61,367 nt of DNA, filler included, from an uncultured Thermoplasmatales archaeon (GCA_964517155.1; 5 parts of 5 records of this genome joined end to end with filler, not necessarily neighbours in it); one strand, 5' to 3'. Numbered from the whole stretch's first letter, positions 40,710 to 51,636 are shown. Notes: generated by a model not told the origin, from the letters alone. Numbers and translations: made by a program.

Positions 40710-42086
40710 CTATTTCGCCATCTTTGAAATTACAACTGGTGATTCAGCGGCGGTCCTAGAACGAATCGTTTGTATTTTCTCGACTTCTTTTACATTTATT
40801 TTCATGTTTTTACCTATTTTTTGCTGCAGTTGTTTTTTCAGTTCTTTAAATATTATCTCGTTTTTTGGTCCAACATTTTTAAGTTTTTTATCTAAAACTA
40901 ACAAAACTTCTATTTCGTTTATTTTTTCTTGAACTATCTGAAATTGTAGAAGTTTATCTGTTTTAAACATATGCATTACTTTGTGAGGTATTCCTGTTAA
41001 TGTAAAAGGTGGAATTAAATCTCCATTAGGTAGGGCTATTGAATCAACTTTTCTTCCACCAATATATTCAATTATTGAAGTATTCATGCCGCAGTCGCAT
41101 TTTTTCTCAGATGATTTTATAAAATCACTAAGCCCAGTGTATCTTATAATTGGTGTACCTTTGCCGTACAAACGAGTGATGATTAGGTTTCCACCGTCGC
41201 CATATTTTTCTTCTTTTTCTTTATAGTCGATGTATTCTAAGTACGCATAATCATCATTTACATGATAATTTTCATTTTTACATTCAAATGCTATTGGGCT
41301 GGTTTCTGTTGCACCATACATATCAGCAAGTTTTGAACCAAATGCTTTTTTTATTTTTTCACGAGTGTATTTATCTAATACTGCGCCTGTTGTTACGACA
41401 AGTTCGGGTTGTAAGTTTTTTGCAAAACCTTGGGATTTAAGAGTTGCAAGTATACTTAAGTTGGAAGGATAGCCGCCGATGAACTCTGGATTGAATTCTT
41501 CTAATTTTTTTATTAAAACCTCTGGTTTTTCACTAATGTCAAATACTTTCATATTCTCAAAAGAAAGAAACTTGCTTAGACTCGACATTCCAAATCCTGT
41601 GAAAAAAGCACTTTCAATACTGTCTGGTGATAAATCCGCAAGTGTTGCAAGTCTATTTTTTCTCCAACTTAAATCATGTGCTCTAAGAATTCTTATGAAG
41701 CCTATTAAAGAGTGATATATTGTAAAAGGCTCGTTGTAAAATGTTGCAGGTTGACCGGTTGAACCTGATGTTGTCGATACTAAATATCTGTTTATATCTT
41801 CGTCTTTTGGCAGCAAACTTTCAGATGTTTTACCTCTGAAATCTTTTTTTGAAACCATTGGTAGTTTTTCAATATCTTTAATTCTATGGATATCACTTGG
41901 ATGAATACCTGCTTTTTTGTATTTATCATGATAAAGCGGGATTGTATATGCATATTTTATCAATGCTCTTATTTGTTTGTCTTGATACTTTTGAATTTTT
42001 TCTTTTTCTTTCCATGATCTGTTAGTATCTGAAATATAGCTTTTTGCAAGTTTTGTAAGTAATAATGGGCTGACCATAAACATCAT
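40710..42086 (-). CDS. Phenylacetate-CoA ligase/F390 synthetase-like adenylating enzyme
   Basis: TTSGSTGQP, GYPS, YGATE, PIIRY, GRKVD. Confidence 0.88.
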   Translation of the reverse strand: MMFMVSPLLLTKLAKSYISDTNRSWKEKEKIQKYQDKQIRALIKYAYTIPLYHDKYKKAGIHPSDIHRIKDIEKLPMVSKKDFRGKTSESLLPKDEDINRYLVSTTSGSTGQPATFYNEPFTIYHSLIGFIRILRAHDLSWRKNRLATLADLSPDSIESAFFTGFGMSSLSKFLSFENMKVFDISEKPEVLIKKLEEFNPEFIGGYPSNLSILATLKSQGFAKNLQPELVVTTGAVLDKYTREKIKKAFGSKLADMYGATETSPIAFECKNENYHVNDDYAYLEYIDYKEKEEKYGDGGNLIITRLYGKGTPIIRYTGLSDFIKSSEKKCDCGMNTSIIEYIGGRKVDSIALPNGDLIPPFTLTGIPHKVMHMFKTDKLLQFQIVQEKINEIEVLLVLDKKLKNVGPKNEIIFKELKKQLQQKIGKNMKINVKEVEKIQTIRSRTAAESPVVISKMAK

Positions 42087-42090
42087 CTTT

Positions 42091-43015
42091 TTAAAAGTTG
42101 AAATCTTGTTTGTAGTATCTTCTAAAGTTCACGTTTGTTCCTGCTGGAAGCAAGCCGCCTATTATTCCTGCGGTTTTAAATATTTTAATATTTCTCTTTA
42201 TTATATTTGGCCATGAGTAGCATTCTTTTGAAAACCTGCGTGTACCTTCATATAATTCTTTTACAGTCATGTTTTTTGGTTCATAAACGATTTCTACTTG
42301 ATTATATTTTGACCAGTCTTTTGTAAATATTCTGCCTGCCTTGTCAAGTCTTTCAAAAAGCGGTGTACCAGGGTAAGGTGTTAATATATTTATCTCAATG
42401 GCATCCATATCAAGTTCATTTATTTTTTGAGTCGTTGTATCAAAAATATCTGGTTTATCTTCATCAAAACCAAAGATTATTCCACCTTGAATTGTCATAT
42501 CATATTTATGCACTCTTTTTATCATTTTTTCAAAATCTTCAACTTTGTTATGTGTTTTTTTGATACCATTTAACGCTGCTTGGCTTACTGATTCAAAACC
42601 TACGAACCATTCAACGCATCCTGCTTTTCTTGCAAGGTCTAAAAATTCATCATCTGCTTTTAATAAAACGTTTGTAGTGCCGTTTGCGACCCATTTTTTG
42701 TTAATTTTATTTTTTATCATTTCTCTGAAAAGCTCTTTTGCATATTTTCTGTTGGTTGTTATATGAGGGTCATGTATTATAAATATTCTATTATCCATTT
42801 GTTTAAGTTCTTCTATAACGTTTTTTATAGGTCTCTGTTTTACACCGTGTTCGCAAAAACTACTTATTGCACAGAATTCACATTTATTTGTGCATCCTCT
42901 TGTTGTTTGTATGGCTCCAAGCATAGGATTATGCTTTATTAAATCACGTCTGATTGGAGGTATTTTTGCCATATCAAAGTTTATATCTTTTTCATATATC
43001 TTTTTGAGTTTTCCT
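42091..43015 (-). CDS. Radical SAM protein resembling the B12-binding class (5'-truncated by gap)
   Basis: RGCTNKCEFC, GFES, IFGFDED, LTPYPGTPL; frame open to the gap. Confidence 0.88.
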
Positions 43016-43115
43016 NNNNNNNNNNNNNNNNNNNNNNNNNNNNNNNNNNNNNNNNNNNNTTAATTAATTAANNNNNNNNNNNNNNNNNNNNNNNNNNNNN
43101 NNNNNNNNNNNNNNN
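43016..43115. other. Artificial contig spacer
   Basis: N-TTAATTAATTAA-N. Confidence 0.99.
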
Positions 43116-43204
43116 TTGTTTTTTGGGTTTATATAAATAAGATAAAAACAAAGAAAGAGATTAGCAAACAAAGCAGTCAGAGGAAGATAAGAATATAAAT
43201 TCAT
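43116..43204 (-). CDS. 5' fragment of a membrane sensor (HisKA_7TM-like N terminus)
   Basis: MNLYSYLPLTALFANLFLCFYLIYINPKN; ATGA overlap with the upstream gene. Confidence 0.6.
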
Positions 43205-45681
43205 TTTTTACCACCTTCCAGTTTCTTTATTTTTTCTTTTAATTCAATCATCTTGATTTCTCGACCGACTGTTACTTTTTTGTATCTTTCAAGCTCCTCG
43301 ATTTTTTCTTTCAACTCATTTTCTTTTCTTTTTTCTTCTGTTATATCAAGTATTATTCCATCAAAAAAGACAGGATTTTCATTCTCATCACGTCTAATCA
43401 TGGTTCTGTCATAAATCCACTTGACTTCTCCTTTTTTTGTGATAATACGATAATCCTGAGTAAACTCGTTACATTTTTTATCTTCAGAATATTTTTTTAC
43501 CTCAGAAACAACTCTTTTTAAATCATCAGGATGTATTGTTTTTGAGAAAGAAATTTTTCCATCGATAAATTCTTTTTTACTATAGCCAAATAAATCTTTT
43601 ACATTATCAGAAACATAATCAACAGGCCAATTCTCCTCATTCTTCCAGGTAAAAGCAATAATTGGGCTTTTGTTTATTATACCATATGATTTCCTTAGTT
43701 TTTCCTCAGTTTCTTTAATAAATGAAATATCTCTAAAATCTTCAATAATGCCAATTGTGTTTCCACTAATGTCTTTGAAAGGCATTGCTTTTAAAAGACA
43801 AGGAATCTTTTTTCCCTCTTTTGTAATCATTAACAACTCTGTTTGAAAACTCTTCCCTGTTCTTAGAACAGTCGCAAGAGCACAATCTTTAGTTTTACAT
43901 TTTTCTGAACTAAATACATCACTGCATTTCTTATCTTTTACTTTGTCTGAATTTATCCCACACATCTCTGCAAGAGTTTTATTCATCTTTACAATATTAT
44001 ACGATTTATCAATAATTCTTATTCCATCTGCTGCAGCATTTAAAATAGATTCATTTTCTTCTTCATTTTCTTTTTGTTTTGTGATATCTCTAAAAAAACC
44101 GATATTACATTTTCTCCCATCAATTAAAGTTCCAGTTGAATTAACCTCTGCATATAGTATAGATCCATTCTTTTTTAAACAGGGAATATTTTTTGCTAAT
44201 ATTTTTTCTCCTCTAGATTGTGCTTCAAATTCAGAAAGCACATATTTCAAGCTTTCTCTTGGATGTATATCTTGGACACTCATCCTGCATAATTCTTCTT
44301 TTGTATAACCTAACAAGTTACAGATAGCAGGATTTGCATCAGTAAAGGTCCTGGTTGTAATATCTGCTATTAAAATACCATCGGCACTTGATTGAAATAA
44401 TGTCTTGTATTTTTCTTCTGATTTTTTCTGCTCAGTAATATCTGTATGAACTCCAACAAGGGATGTTATATTACCATTATTGTCTATGTTTGGATATGCC
44501 TTCAGATAGATATCTCTAACCAGGCCGTTTCTTGTAAGCATCTTTAATTCACCAGTCCACGGCTTGCCAGACATAATGGTTCTAAAAACCTCTTGACCAA
44601 CTTTTTTATCAACGTAAATACTTTCAACAGGGCTTTCTCCGATGTTGCCAAACATTTGTTCAAAAGCTTTGTTTTGATAGAAATGTTTACCCTGTGCAGT
44701 CGAAATTCCAATAGCATATGTTGCGTTATCAAGAGAATTTTTATACATTTTCAAAATTTCTTCGAGCATCTTATGCTCAGTAATATCTCTAAAAATACCT
44801 CTTGTAGAAAATGGTTTTCCATCTTTGAATTTACAGCTAATAGAACCTTGAAGATGAATCTTTTTACCATTTTTAGTTAAAAAAGTAGTTTCTATATCAT
44901 TAACTTTTTCTCCAGACATTATCCTTTTGAAAACTTCTTTACAATGGGGAATACTTTCTTTGGACATTACATCAAAGACATTAAGATTGGAGAGTTCTTT
45001 ATCAGTATAACCAAGTGTTTTTTTCCAGGAAGAATTAACATATAAAAAAGAACCATCAGGCCTTACCGCCTGTATTAAATCATTTGCGTTTTCAAATAGG
45101 TCATGATATAGATCTTCAGACTCTTTTGTTTTTTTCAATGAAACAATCTCAAGTGTTTGTTTTACAACAACTCCTGCTCTTTTTAAATTGTCTTTTAAAA
45201 CATAGTTTGAAACGCCCTTTTTTAAATAAGAAATCGCCTCATCTTCATTTAGTTTGTCTGCTACTAGAATTATAGGCGTTTCTGGCTTTGTATTTTTTAC
45301 AATTGAAACAATTTTTGACAGGTTTATCCTGGATAGAATATAATCTGCAAGAATAATGTCCCAGTTATCATCATGAAGATTTTCTCCAAATTCGTTTTCT
45401 GAAGAAACACATTTTATATCAACAGAATAACCGGATTTTTTAAGTTGAAGCAAGATTTTATTATAATTCTCTCCAGAGATTCCTAAAAAAAGAGTTTTGA
45501 TATGCATAGTAGATTCAAATTTTGTATCTTCTTCTGCAAATCTTACTGTTTTTTCTTCTACTTCCTCAGAGTTATCATCAACTTTATCATCATGGCTAAT
45601 AAGCTCTTGAATACTGCAATGGAGAACACCAATTTTTTCCTCCTCCCTTAACATTTTAACAATATCTGGCTCATCCACCAT
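43201..45681 (-). CDS. Receiver + five PAS domains + C-terminal coiled coil
   Basis: WDIILADY REC; PAS units ending RDITE, TDITE, RDITK, RDISF, LDITE; tail EELERYKKVTVGREIKMIELK. Confidence 0.9.
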   Translation of the reverse strand: MVDEPDIVKMLREEEKIGVLHCSIQELISHDDKVDDNSEEVEEKTVRFAEEDTKFESTMHIKTLFLGISGENYNKILLQLKKSGYSVDIKCVSSENEFGENLHDDNWDIILADYILSRINLSKIVSIVKNTKPETPIILVADKLNEDEAISYLKKGVSNYVLKDNLKRAGVVVKQTLEIVSLKKTKESEDLYHDLFENANDLIQAVRPDGSFLYVNSSWKKTLGYTDKELSNLNVFDVMSKESIPHCKEVFKRIMSGEKVNDIETTFLTKNGKKIHLQGSISCKFKDGKPFSTRGIFRDITEHKMLEEILKMYKNSLDNATYAIGISTAQGKHFYQNKAFEQMFGNIGESPVESIYVDKKVGQEVFRTIMSGKPWTGELKMLTRNGLVRDIYLKAYPNIDNNGNITSLVGVHTDITEQKKSEEKYKTLFQSSADGILIADITTRTFTDANPAICNLLGYTKEELCRMSVQDIHPRESLKYVLSEFEAQSRGEKILAKNIPCLKKNGSILYAEVNSTGTLIDGRKCNIGFFRDITKQKENEEENESILNAAADGIRIIDKSYNIVKMNKTLAEMCGINSDKVKDKKCSDVFSSEKCKTKDCALATVLRTGKSFQTELLMITKEGKKIPCLLKAMPFKDISGNTIGIIEDFRDISFIKETEEKLRKSYGIINKSPIIAFTWKNEENWPVDYVSDNVKDLFGYSKKEFIDGKISFSKTIHPDDLKRVVSEVKKYSEDKKCNEFTQDYRIITKKGEVKWIYDRTMIRRDENENPVFFDGIILDITEEKRKENELKEKIEELERYKKVTVGREIKMIELKEKIKKLEGGKK

Positions 45682-45758
45682 ATAAAACACCATAACTTTA
45701 TGGCTAAACAACCACCCGTTAATTCACCCACTCATCCTAGTTTAAGATAACATACTTA

Positions 45759-45778
45759 TGTAATGTTTTTACATTACT
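45759..45778. promoter_or_regulatory. TGTAAT-N8-ATTAC(T) palindrome
   Basis: Upstream of the REC-PAS gene; same geometry as 48456-48475. Confidence 0.55.
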
Positions 45779-45843
45779 AATGTATTGTATATAATTTAAG
45801 CATATATGTTTTTTGATTAATTATAAATAAAAAAAGAAAGCAT

Positions 45844-46221
45844 TTACTCGCCGACAATACTTTTAACCCTTTTTAACAAATCATCAATATCAAAAGGCTT
45901 TGTAATATAATCAGAAACATTAAGCTCATCAAGCATCTGTTTTCCCTTTTCTCTGAAAGCAGCAACTGTAAAAAAAGCAACCTTCAAATCCTTTAAATCA
46001 GAATCAGCACGAATTTTTTCACATACCTCACGCCCACTCATCTCAGGCATAAACATATCAAGTAAAATCAGATCCGGCTTTGCATCAGATTTTTTAAGAA
46101 GAGCAAGTGCATCTTTTCCATTATGCGCAAACATTGTTTCATAACCTTCAGACTCTAAAAACTTTCTGACCATGCCAACTGTATCAACAGTGTCATCAAC
46201 GATCATAATCTTTTTACTCAT
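45844..46221 (-). CDS. Single-domain response regulator
   Basis: IVDD, LLDMFMP, KPF. Confidence 0.95.
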   Translation of the reverse strand: MSKKIMIVDDTVDTVGMVRKFLESEGYETMFAHNGKDALALLKKSDAKPDLILLDMFMPEMSGREVCEKIRADSDLKDLKVAFFTVAAFREKGKQMLDELNVSDYITKPFDIDDLLKRVKSIVGE

Positions 46222-46988
46222 TTCTCATCACCAATTGTTTTATCCACAATCAAAGAAATATCATTAATTGTGCTTTTACCTAATTTTTCAATTTTACCGA
46301 CAAAAAAACCTTGTGACTCATTTGTCTTAATAAGAGAAGAAGTATCCTGGATAAACAAAGGTATTTCAAAATCTTTTATACCTTTCAGCTCTGAGATTTC
46401 ATCTACCACAACACAACGAGAGCCTTTTTCCTTTAAAATCCTATCAAGAGCCTTTTTTATATCATCAGGATTATTTTTAATGCTAGTACAATTTTCTGCA
46501 TCAGATTTAACCCCTGAAGCATCAATAAACTGCATAGACGAAGCATCAATATTATGAAAAGCAAGAGTTTTTACAACCTCTTTATAAGGATTTTTCAAAG
46601 TAACAAAACAAACATCTTTTACATCCTTTACAATTGATGCAAGTTTATCCTCATGACTTTTTTCAGAAGTAACAATAAAAGCCTGACCAAAATCAGAAAG
46701 CCCTCTTATAAGCATCTTAAGTTTAAACATACCTGCTGTAATAAAAAATATAAAAACAAGCATGAACACATTAGTAACAACAGGCATGTCTGATAGTATC
46801 TGATAACTTGACAAAATAGTAAATATTTCAAATACCACAAAAGAAACTATCGCTGCAAACAAAAGCATAAAACCATGACGAATATCATCTTTAGTTCTTT
46901 TTATTATGCCAAATAAAAAAATAATGGAAATTAATCCAAAAATAAAGCCGAACAGGCCAAATAATCCATTTATGTCAAAAGATACCAT
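46218..46988 (-). CDS. Three-TM protein with degenerate KaiC/DUF835-like domain
   Basis: Three hydrophobic helices; CFVTLKNPY, FIDAS, CVVVDEIS. Confidence 0.6.
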   Translation of the reverse strand: MVSFDINGLFGLFGFIFGLISIIFLFGIIKRTKDDIRHGFMLLFAAIVSFVVFEIFTILSSYQILSDMPVVTNVFMLVFIFFITAGMFKLKMLIRGLSDFGQAFIVTSEKSHEDKLASIVKDVKDVCFVTLKNPYKEVVKTLAFHNIDASSMQFIDASGVKSDAENCTSIKNNPDDIKKALDRILKEKGSRCVVVDEISELKGIKDFEIPLFIQDTSSLIKTNESQGFFVGKIEKLGKSTINDISLIVDKTIGDEK

Positions 46989-46990
46989 AA

Positions 46991-47194
46991 TTATTTGTTG
47001 CTAGCACTTTTAATAAATCTCTGCAAATCTTTTACAGATACATTCAAGACTTCGCTTGATTGGCTTTTATGGTCAAGCATTTTTCTAACGCTATCACGTA
47101 CTGCTTCAGATCTGTTTGGATATTCGCCGATGTTTACAAGCTCATCGATTCTTTCCAACATATTTTTTGTTAGTCTTATCTGCATTGTCTCCAT
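46991..47194 (-). CDS. Ribbon-helix-helix (CopG-like) regulator
   Basis: MQIRLTKNMLERIDELVNIGEYPNRSEAVRDSVR. Confidence 0.92.
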   Translation of the reverse strand: METMQIRLTKNMLERIDELVNIGEYPNRSEAVRDSVRKMLDHKSQSSEVLNVSVKDLQRFIKSASNK

Positions 47195-47252
47195 TTTTTA
47201 AATCACTCCTTTAATTTTTTCATATTTAATTAATTGTTTGTGCTCCCATTTG

Positions 47253-47270
47253 CATTACAAAGCAATTACA
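47253..47270. promoter_or_regulatory. ATTACA direct-repeat site upstream of the RHH gene
   Basis: CATTACAAAGCAATTACA; near copy AATTACAAATCAATTACA at 48469-48486. Confidence 0.6.
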
Positions 47271-47314
47271 TATAATCTATTATTGTTTTATAAAACTAAC
47301 GTTTTAAAATAAAT

Positions 47315-47905
47315 CTACTTTTTATTTTTTTCAACAACAAAACGCTTAAGGTCATTTCCCGAAACTTTCAGCTTAGAAATTCTTCTATGTTCCAACAATA
47401 AAGCAATAATTGTAACAATCAAACCACCTAAAAGAATAAATTCAATAAATCTCTGCTCATCTTCTGTAACCTTTTTTGAAACACTAAAAGATATACTTGT
47501 AAAGCATTCTTCCGTCCCATCAAGTGAAGCAACAGTTGCTTTTAAAATATAAAAACCTTCATCAACACTCTCAGGTATCTTAAGATTCTCTGAAAAAGAA
47601 CTCAGAGTTTCGACTGCAACAGTGGTAGCTTTAGTAGAAACCATATGTCCACTTTCAGTTAAAATCTCATACGTGAGAATAACATCCACGCGACCTTCTG
47701 CCTTTGAATTACGAATTTCAGTTATCGTGTGAAATGTATCTCCTGCAATAAAACTATCTCCTTCTACAATTGATATTTTCACAGCATAATTTGCTTGAAT
47801 TTCAGCAGATGCAAAAGAGCAAACAAAAAAAAGATATAAAACTAAAAGCAATAACGAAAATCCATAATGTTTTTTCTTGCATCCCTGAAACAATTTTAGT
47901 TTCAC
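47315..47905 (-). CDS. Membrane-anchored protein with Ig-like domain
   Basis: Signal-like N terminus, beta-rich core (LKIPESVDEGFYIL), C-terminal TM. Confidence 0.7.
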   Translation of the reverse strand: MKLKLFQGCKKKHYGFSLLLLVLYLFFVCSFASAEIQANYAVKISIVEGDSFIAGDTFHTITEIRNSKAEGRVDVILTYEILTESGHMVSTKATTVAVETLSSFSENLKIPESVDEGFYILKATVASLDGTEECFTSISFSVSKKVTEDEQRFIEFILLGGLIVTIIALLLEHRRISKLKVSGNDLKRFVVEKNKK

Positions 47906-47947
47906 CCTCTTATTTATTAGTGATACTATTAATTTCTTTAATAGTAT

Positions 47948-48331
47948 TTATGATACTTTAATTTGCTTTTCTGATAGTATATTATTTACGGTTTCAACTA
48001 ACTCATCATCTGAAAAAGGCTTTTTTATATACCCGGCTAGCCCCTGTACCATCAGATGGCATCTCCTTTTTTCAGATATGTCTAGAATACTTACAAAAAC
48101 AACCTTTGCATCACTTTTTTTCTCCTGTATTTTATCAAATACGTCCCATCCGCTCATGCCAGGCATCATAATATCTAGTAATATCAAGTCAAAGTCTGTT
48201 TTTTCAATTTTTTCCAAACAATCCCTTCCACTGCGCGCAATAGTTATATTGTATCCTTCTAATTCAAGGATTTTTTTGGTTAAACCTACCATGTCTTCTT
48301 CATCATCAACTACTAATATTTTATTTCCCAT
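47948..48331 (-). CDS. Single-domain response regulator
   Basis: VVDDE, LLDIMMPGMSG, KPF. Confidence 0.95.
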   Translation of the reverse strand: MGNKILVVDDEEDMVGLTKKILELEGYNITIARSGRDCLEKIEKTDFDLILLDIMMPGMSGWDVFDKIQEKKSDAKVVFVSILDISEKRRCHLMVQGLAGYIKKPFSDDELVETVNNILSEKQIKVS

Positions 48332-48455
48332 CTTTTATCATCCTCTTTTTTAATAGAAACAAACCATATTTTGAAAACTTATTCTATCGACTATCTTTAT
48401 TTTTGAAAACATAGTTTTTCCTGTTTTTTTATCCTTTGATTTCATCCCATCGTGT

Positions 48456-48486
48456 TGTAATTTATAAAAATTACAAATCAATTACA
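48456..48486. promoter_or_regulatory. Composite TGTAAT-N8-ATTACA palindrome plus direct repeat
   Basis: TGTAATTTATAAAAATTACAAATCAATTACA. Confidence 0.6.
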
Positions 48487-48700
48487 AAGAATCGCTTTAT
48501 TGCTTAAAAGTTTTCCGTTAATTGTTTTTTTACTTTATATTTGATACTTTTATCTACATATCTACCTCAGAATAAGCGGAATGATGCGAAAAAAGCACTT
48601 AAATTACAAAATCGACGGAATGCATATATTTAAAAGATGACGATTTAGTTAAACTATACAAAATAATTGAAAAACAAAAAATAAAAAAAGGGAATATTTT

Positions 48701-48808
48701 TTAGTTTAAAATTTCGTTTTTAACACCAAGTCTATCCTCTGTTTCAGCGATTTTAAGTCTTGTTTTTATAACTGTATCAGGATTTAGTGAAATACTATCT
48801 ATCCCACA
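48701..48808 (-). CDS. ppsA: 3' fragment of phosphoenolpyruvate synthase
   Basis: CGIDSISLNPDTVIKTRLKIAETEDRLGVKNEILN stop. Confidence 0.85.
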   Translation of the reverse strand, partial: CGIDSISLNPDTVIKTRLKIAETEDRLGVKNEILN

Positions 48809-48908
48809 NNNNNNNNNNNNNNNNNNNNNNNNNNNNNNNNNNNNNNNNNNNNTTAATTAATTAANNNNNNNNNNNNNNNNNNNNNNNNNNNNNNNNNNNN
48901 NNNNNNNN
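48809..48908. other. Artificial contig spacer
   Basis: N-TTAATTAATTAA-N. Confidence 0.99.
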
Positions 48909-50195
48909 ATCTTGAATTTTTAATGCCTCTGCACCATTATTTGTCAGAGTAACAGTTAATTCTATTGGCTCTCCTTCTCTAAATTCTTGTTTTTCAAAAT
49001 TTATTGTAAGAGAAGGCTCTACAAAGAGTTTTCTTAACACAAAACTTACAAATATTTCTTCTGCAGATTCAACTTCTACAAGTTCTGTTGCTTGAGTATA
49101 TCCTTCTTTTGATGCTATAATTAAATATCTTCCTGGCTCAACATTTAATTCATATTCTCCTCTTTCATTAGTTCTTGTTTCACAGATGATTCCTGATCCC
49201 GGTGTAATATCAATTGATGCATCATATACTCTTACTAATGCATCTTCTATAGGTATGAACTGTGTAGCAGGGATCAATGGGTCTTGCCTCACTCTACCAT
49301 ATATATATGCGTTTTCTGGCTCTGAATCATGATATCCGCCAATTATGAACAACTCATGTTGCTCTGAAAATAGTTTTCCTTCAAAGATTATTTCAGTATT
49401 TGCAGTGGATGCAGCACCATTAGATTCATAAATTCCTATAATTTGATATGTACCAGTTTCAAATATATAATCATTGGATTCTTCATCGACAAAAAGCCCT
49501 GGCTCAGTTATATCATCAACTCTCACAGAATATATTTCACCTGGATTTATTCTCACAGTTTCAGGTAATTTTCTAATCCATCTGCTTGTGTTAAAAAGAA
49601 GTGTTTTTGAATCAGGTGTTGTTATTTTATAATTTAATGTTTTGATTTCTAATCCCATTTCACTTACTATTATTGCATCTTCTCCATTGTTTGTAAGTTT
49701 TGCATCAATTCCCACTGGTTGTGGAATCATAGCATCAATTATAGGTAAAGGCTCTATTTCAAAAGAAATTTTTATTTGAGGCCCTGGTACATCATCAATT
49801 TTTTTTATGTCAGTTAATATTATTGGTAATGCCCTGAAACGAATTAATGAATGAATTCCTGAAACACTTAATATATTATTAATCATTAATTTTGCAGTGA
49901 ATTCTACTTTTAATCCATCTTTTTTGAATTCTTCAAAATCATCTAAATTAAGCGGCAAATATCTTTTAAATATTCTACCAGCAAATTCGGTTCCTTTCTC
50001 ACATTCATCTATAATATATGTAGCAGAATTACGGCTATCAACCATTTGATCAAGGCAGCGCATAACTCCTCTGTCAGATATTTCTGCTTTTGGACTTGAA
50101 CTGTTCATAAAAACACCTGCGTATGCAGAGCTGGTTACACCTGCAATAAAAAGGCAAACTACTAGCGTTATTGCTAAAGATTTTTTACATTTCAT
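48909..50195 (-). CDS. Secreted protein with Ig-like and carboxypeptidase-regulatory-like domains (3'-truncated)
   Basis: Signal peptide; IYGRV...PIEDALV...TNERGEY...PGRYLIIASKEGY. Confidence 0.75.
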
Positions 50196-50316
50196 TTTTT
50201 ATCACCTAATTTTTTTAACATTTTTATTTATAATTTATATATTTACTCATTTATAAATTTTTTGTTATTTTAAGGTATTAAAATTAAAAAATATGAAGAA
50301 ATGTGAAAAAAAGAAA

Positions 50317-51636
50317 TTAAAATTTTTTCAAAACAATATTTAAAATATCAAGAAACTTATCAATTTCTTCTCTAGATACAACCAAAGGCGGACGAAATCT
50401 AATGGTTTTTTCACCACAGCCAATAACAATAAGACCATTTGCATAGATTTTATTTTTAAGCTCATCTCGCTTCTGAGGAGAAACACAATCAAAAGCACAC
50501 ATGAGTCCTTTACCACGAGCATTTGATATCTTATCAGAATATTTATCAGCTAATTCAACAAGACCTGCAAGTAAATGTTTCCCTTGAATCTCTGCATTTT
50601 TAACAAGTTTTTCTTCTTTGATTACTTCAAGATATTTCTGAGCTCTAACCATATCAACCAGGTTTCCACCCCATGTAGAATTAAGCCTGCTTGGGACTTT
50701 AAAAACATTATCTTTAATTTTATCAACACGACTATTTACCATTATGCCACAGACCTGCGTTTTTTTGCCAAAAGCAAGAATATCTGGTTTGAAATCATAA
50801 TGTTCATATGCCCACATTTTACCAGTAAGACCTACACCAGATTGAACCTCATCTACGATAAACATCATTTCATACTCATCACAAAGCATTCTAAGTTTTT
50901 TGAAGAATTCTGTTCTGAAATGATTATCTCCACCCTCGCCCTGGATAGGCTCAATAATTAAAGCTGCTATATCATCAGGGTTATCAGAAACAGCTTTTTT
51001 GATTTCAGATAATGCTTTTTGTTCTAATTCTTCAACAGTTCTAAGATTCTCTTTGTTTAAAGGAAAAGTAACCTTTGGATTAGTAGCTCTTGGCCATTTA
51101 AACTTTGGAAAATACCTAATTTTATCAAGATTAAAAGTATTAGTCATAGAAAGCGTGTAACCTGTACGACCGTGAAAAGCCTCTTTAAAATGAATGACTT
51201 GATTGCCTAGTTCTTCTTTTTTACCGGCTTGAAAGTTTTTACGTATTTTCCAGTCAAAAGCAGTTTTAAGCCCGTTTTCTACTGCAAGTGCACCGCCACT
51301 TATAAAAAACAAATGCTTAAAACAACTTGGCATCGCGTTTTTACCAAAATAATCAATAAAATCTGCCATTTCTTGAGTATATATATCAGAGTTTGTCGGG
51401 TTATTTACAGCAACTTCACCTATTTTTTTGATATACTCCGGATTGTACAATGCAGGATGATTGCAACCAAGAGGAGCTGATGCAAAAAACGAAAACCCGT
51501 CAAGATAATCTTTACCACTGCGAGAGTCATGTATCTTACATCCCTGACTTTTTTTAAGATCAAGGACAAAATCAAAACCGTCTACAATTATATATTTTGA
51601 AAGCGTTTCATGAACTTTATCTGCTTTAATGCCCAT
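50317..51636 (-). CDS. lat: L-lysine 6-transaminase
   Basis: FFISGGALAVENGLKTAFDWK, AFHGRTGYTLS, EPIQGEGGD, DEVQSG, FGKKTQVCG, STWGGN; start after GGTGA. Confidence 0.92.
   Translation of the reverse strand: MGIKADKVHETLSKYIIVDGFDFVLDLKKSQGCKIHDSRSGKDYLDGFSFFASAPLGCNHPALYNPEYIKKIGEVAVNNPTNSDIYTQEMADFIDYFGKNAMPSCFKHLFFISGGALAVENGLKTAFDWKIRKNFQAGKKEELGNQVIHFKEAFHGRTGYTLSMTNTFNLDKIRYFPKFKWPRATNPKVTFPLNKENLRTVEELEQKALSEIKKAVSDNPDDIAALIIEPIQGEGGDNHFRTEFFKKLRMLCDEYEMMFIVDEVQSGVGLTGKMWAYEHYDFKPDILAFGKKTQVCGIMVNSRVDKIKDNVFKVPSRLNSTWGGNLVDMVRAQKYLEVIKEEKLVKNAEIQGKHLLAGLVELADKYSDKISNARGKGLMCAFDCVSPQKRDELKNKIYANGLIVIGCGEKTIRFRPPLVVSREEIDKFLDILNIVLKKF

Noticed and set aside
25884..48908. TTAATTAATTAA palindrome seen four times
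   Set aside because: Artificial six-frame-stop linker inside N runs.
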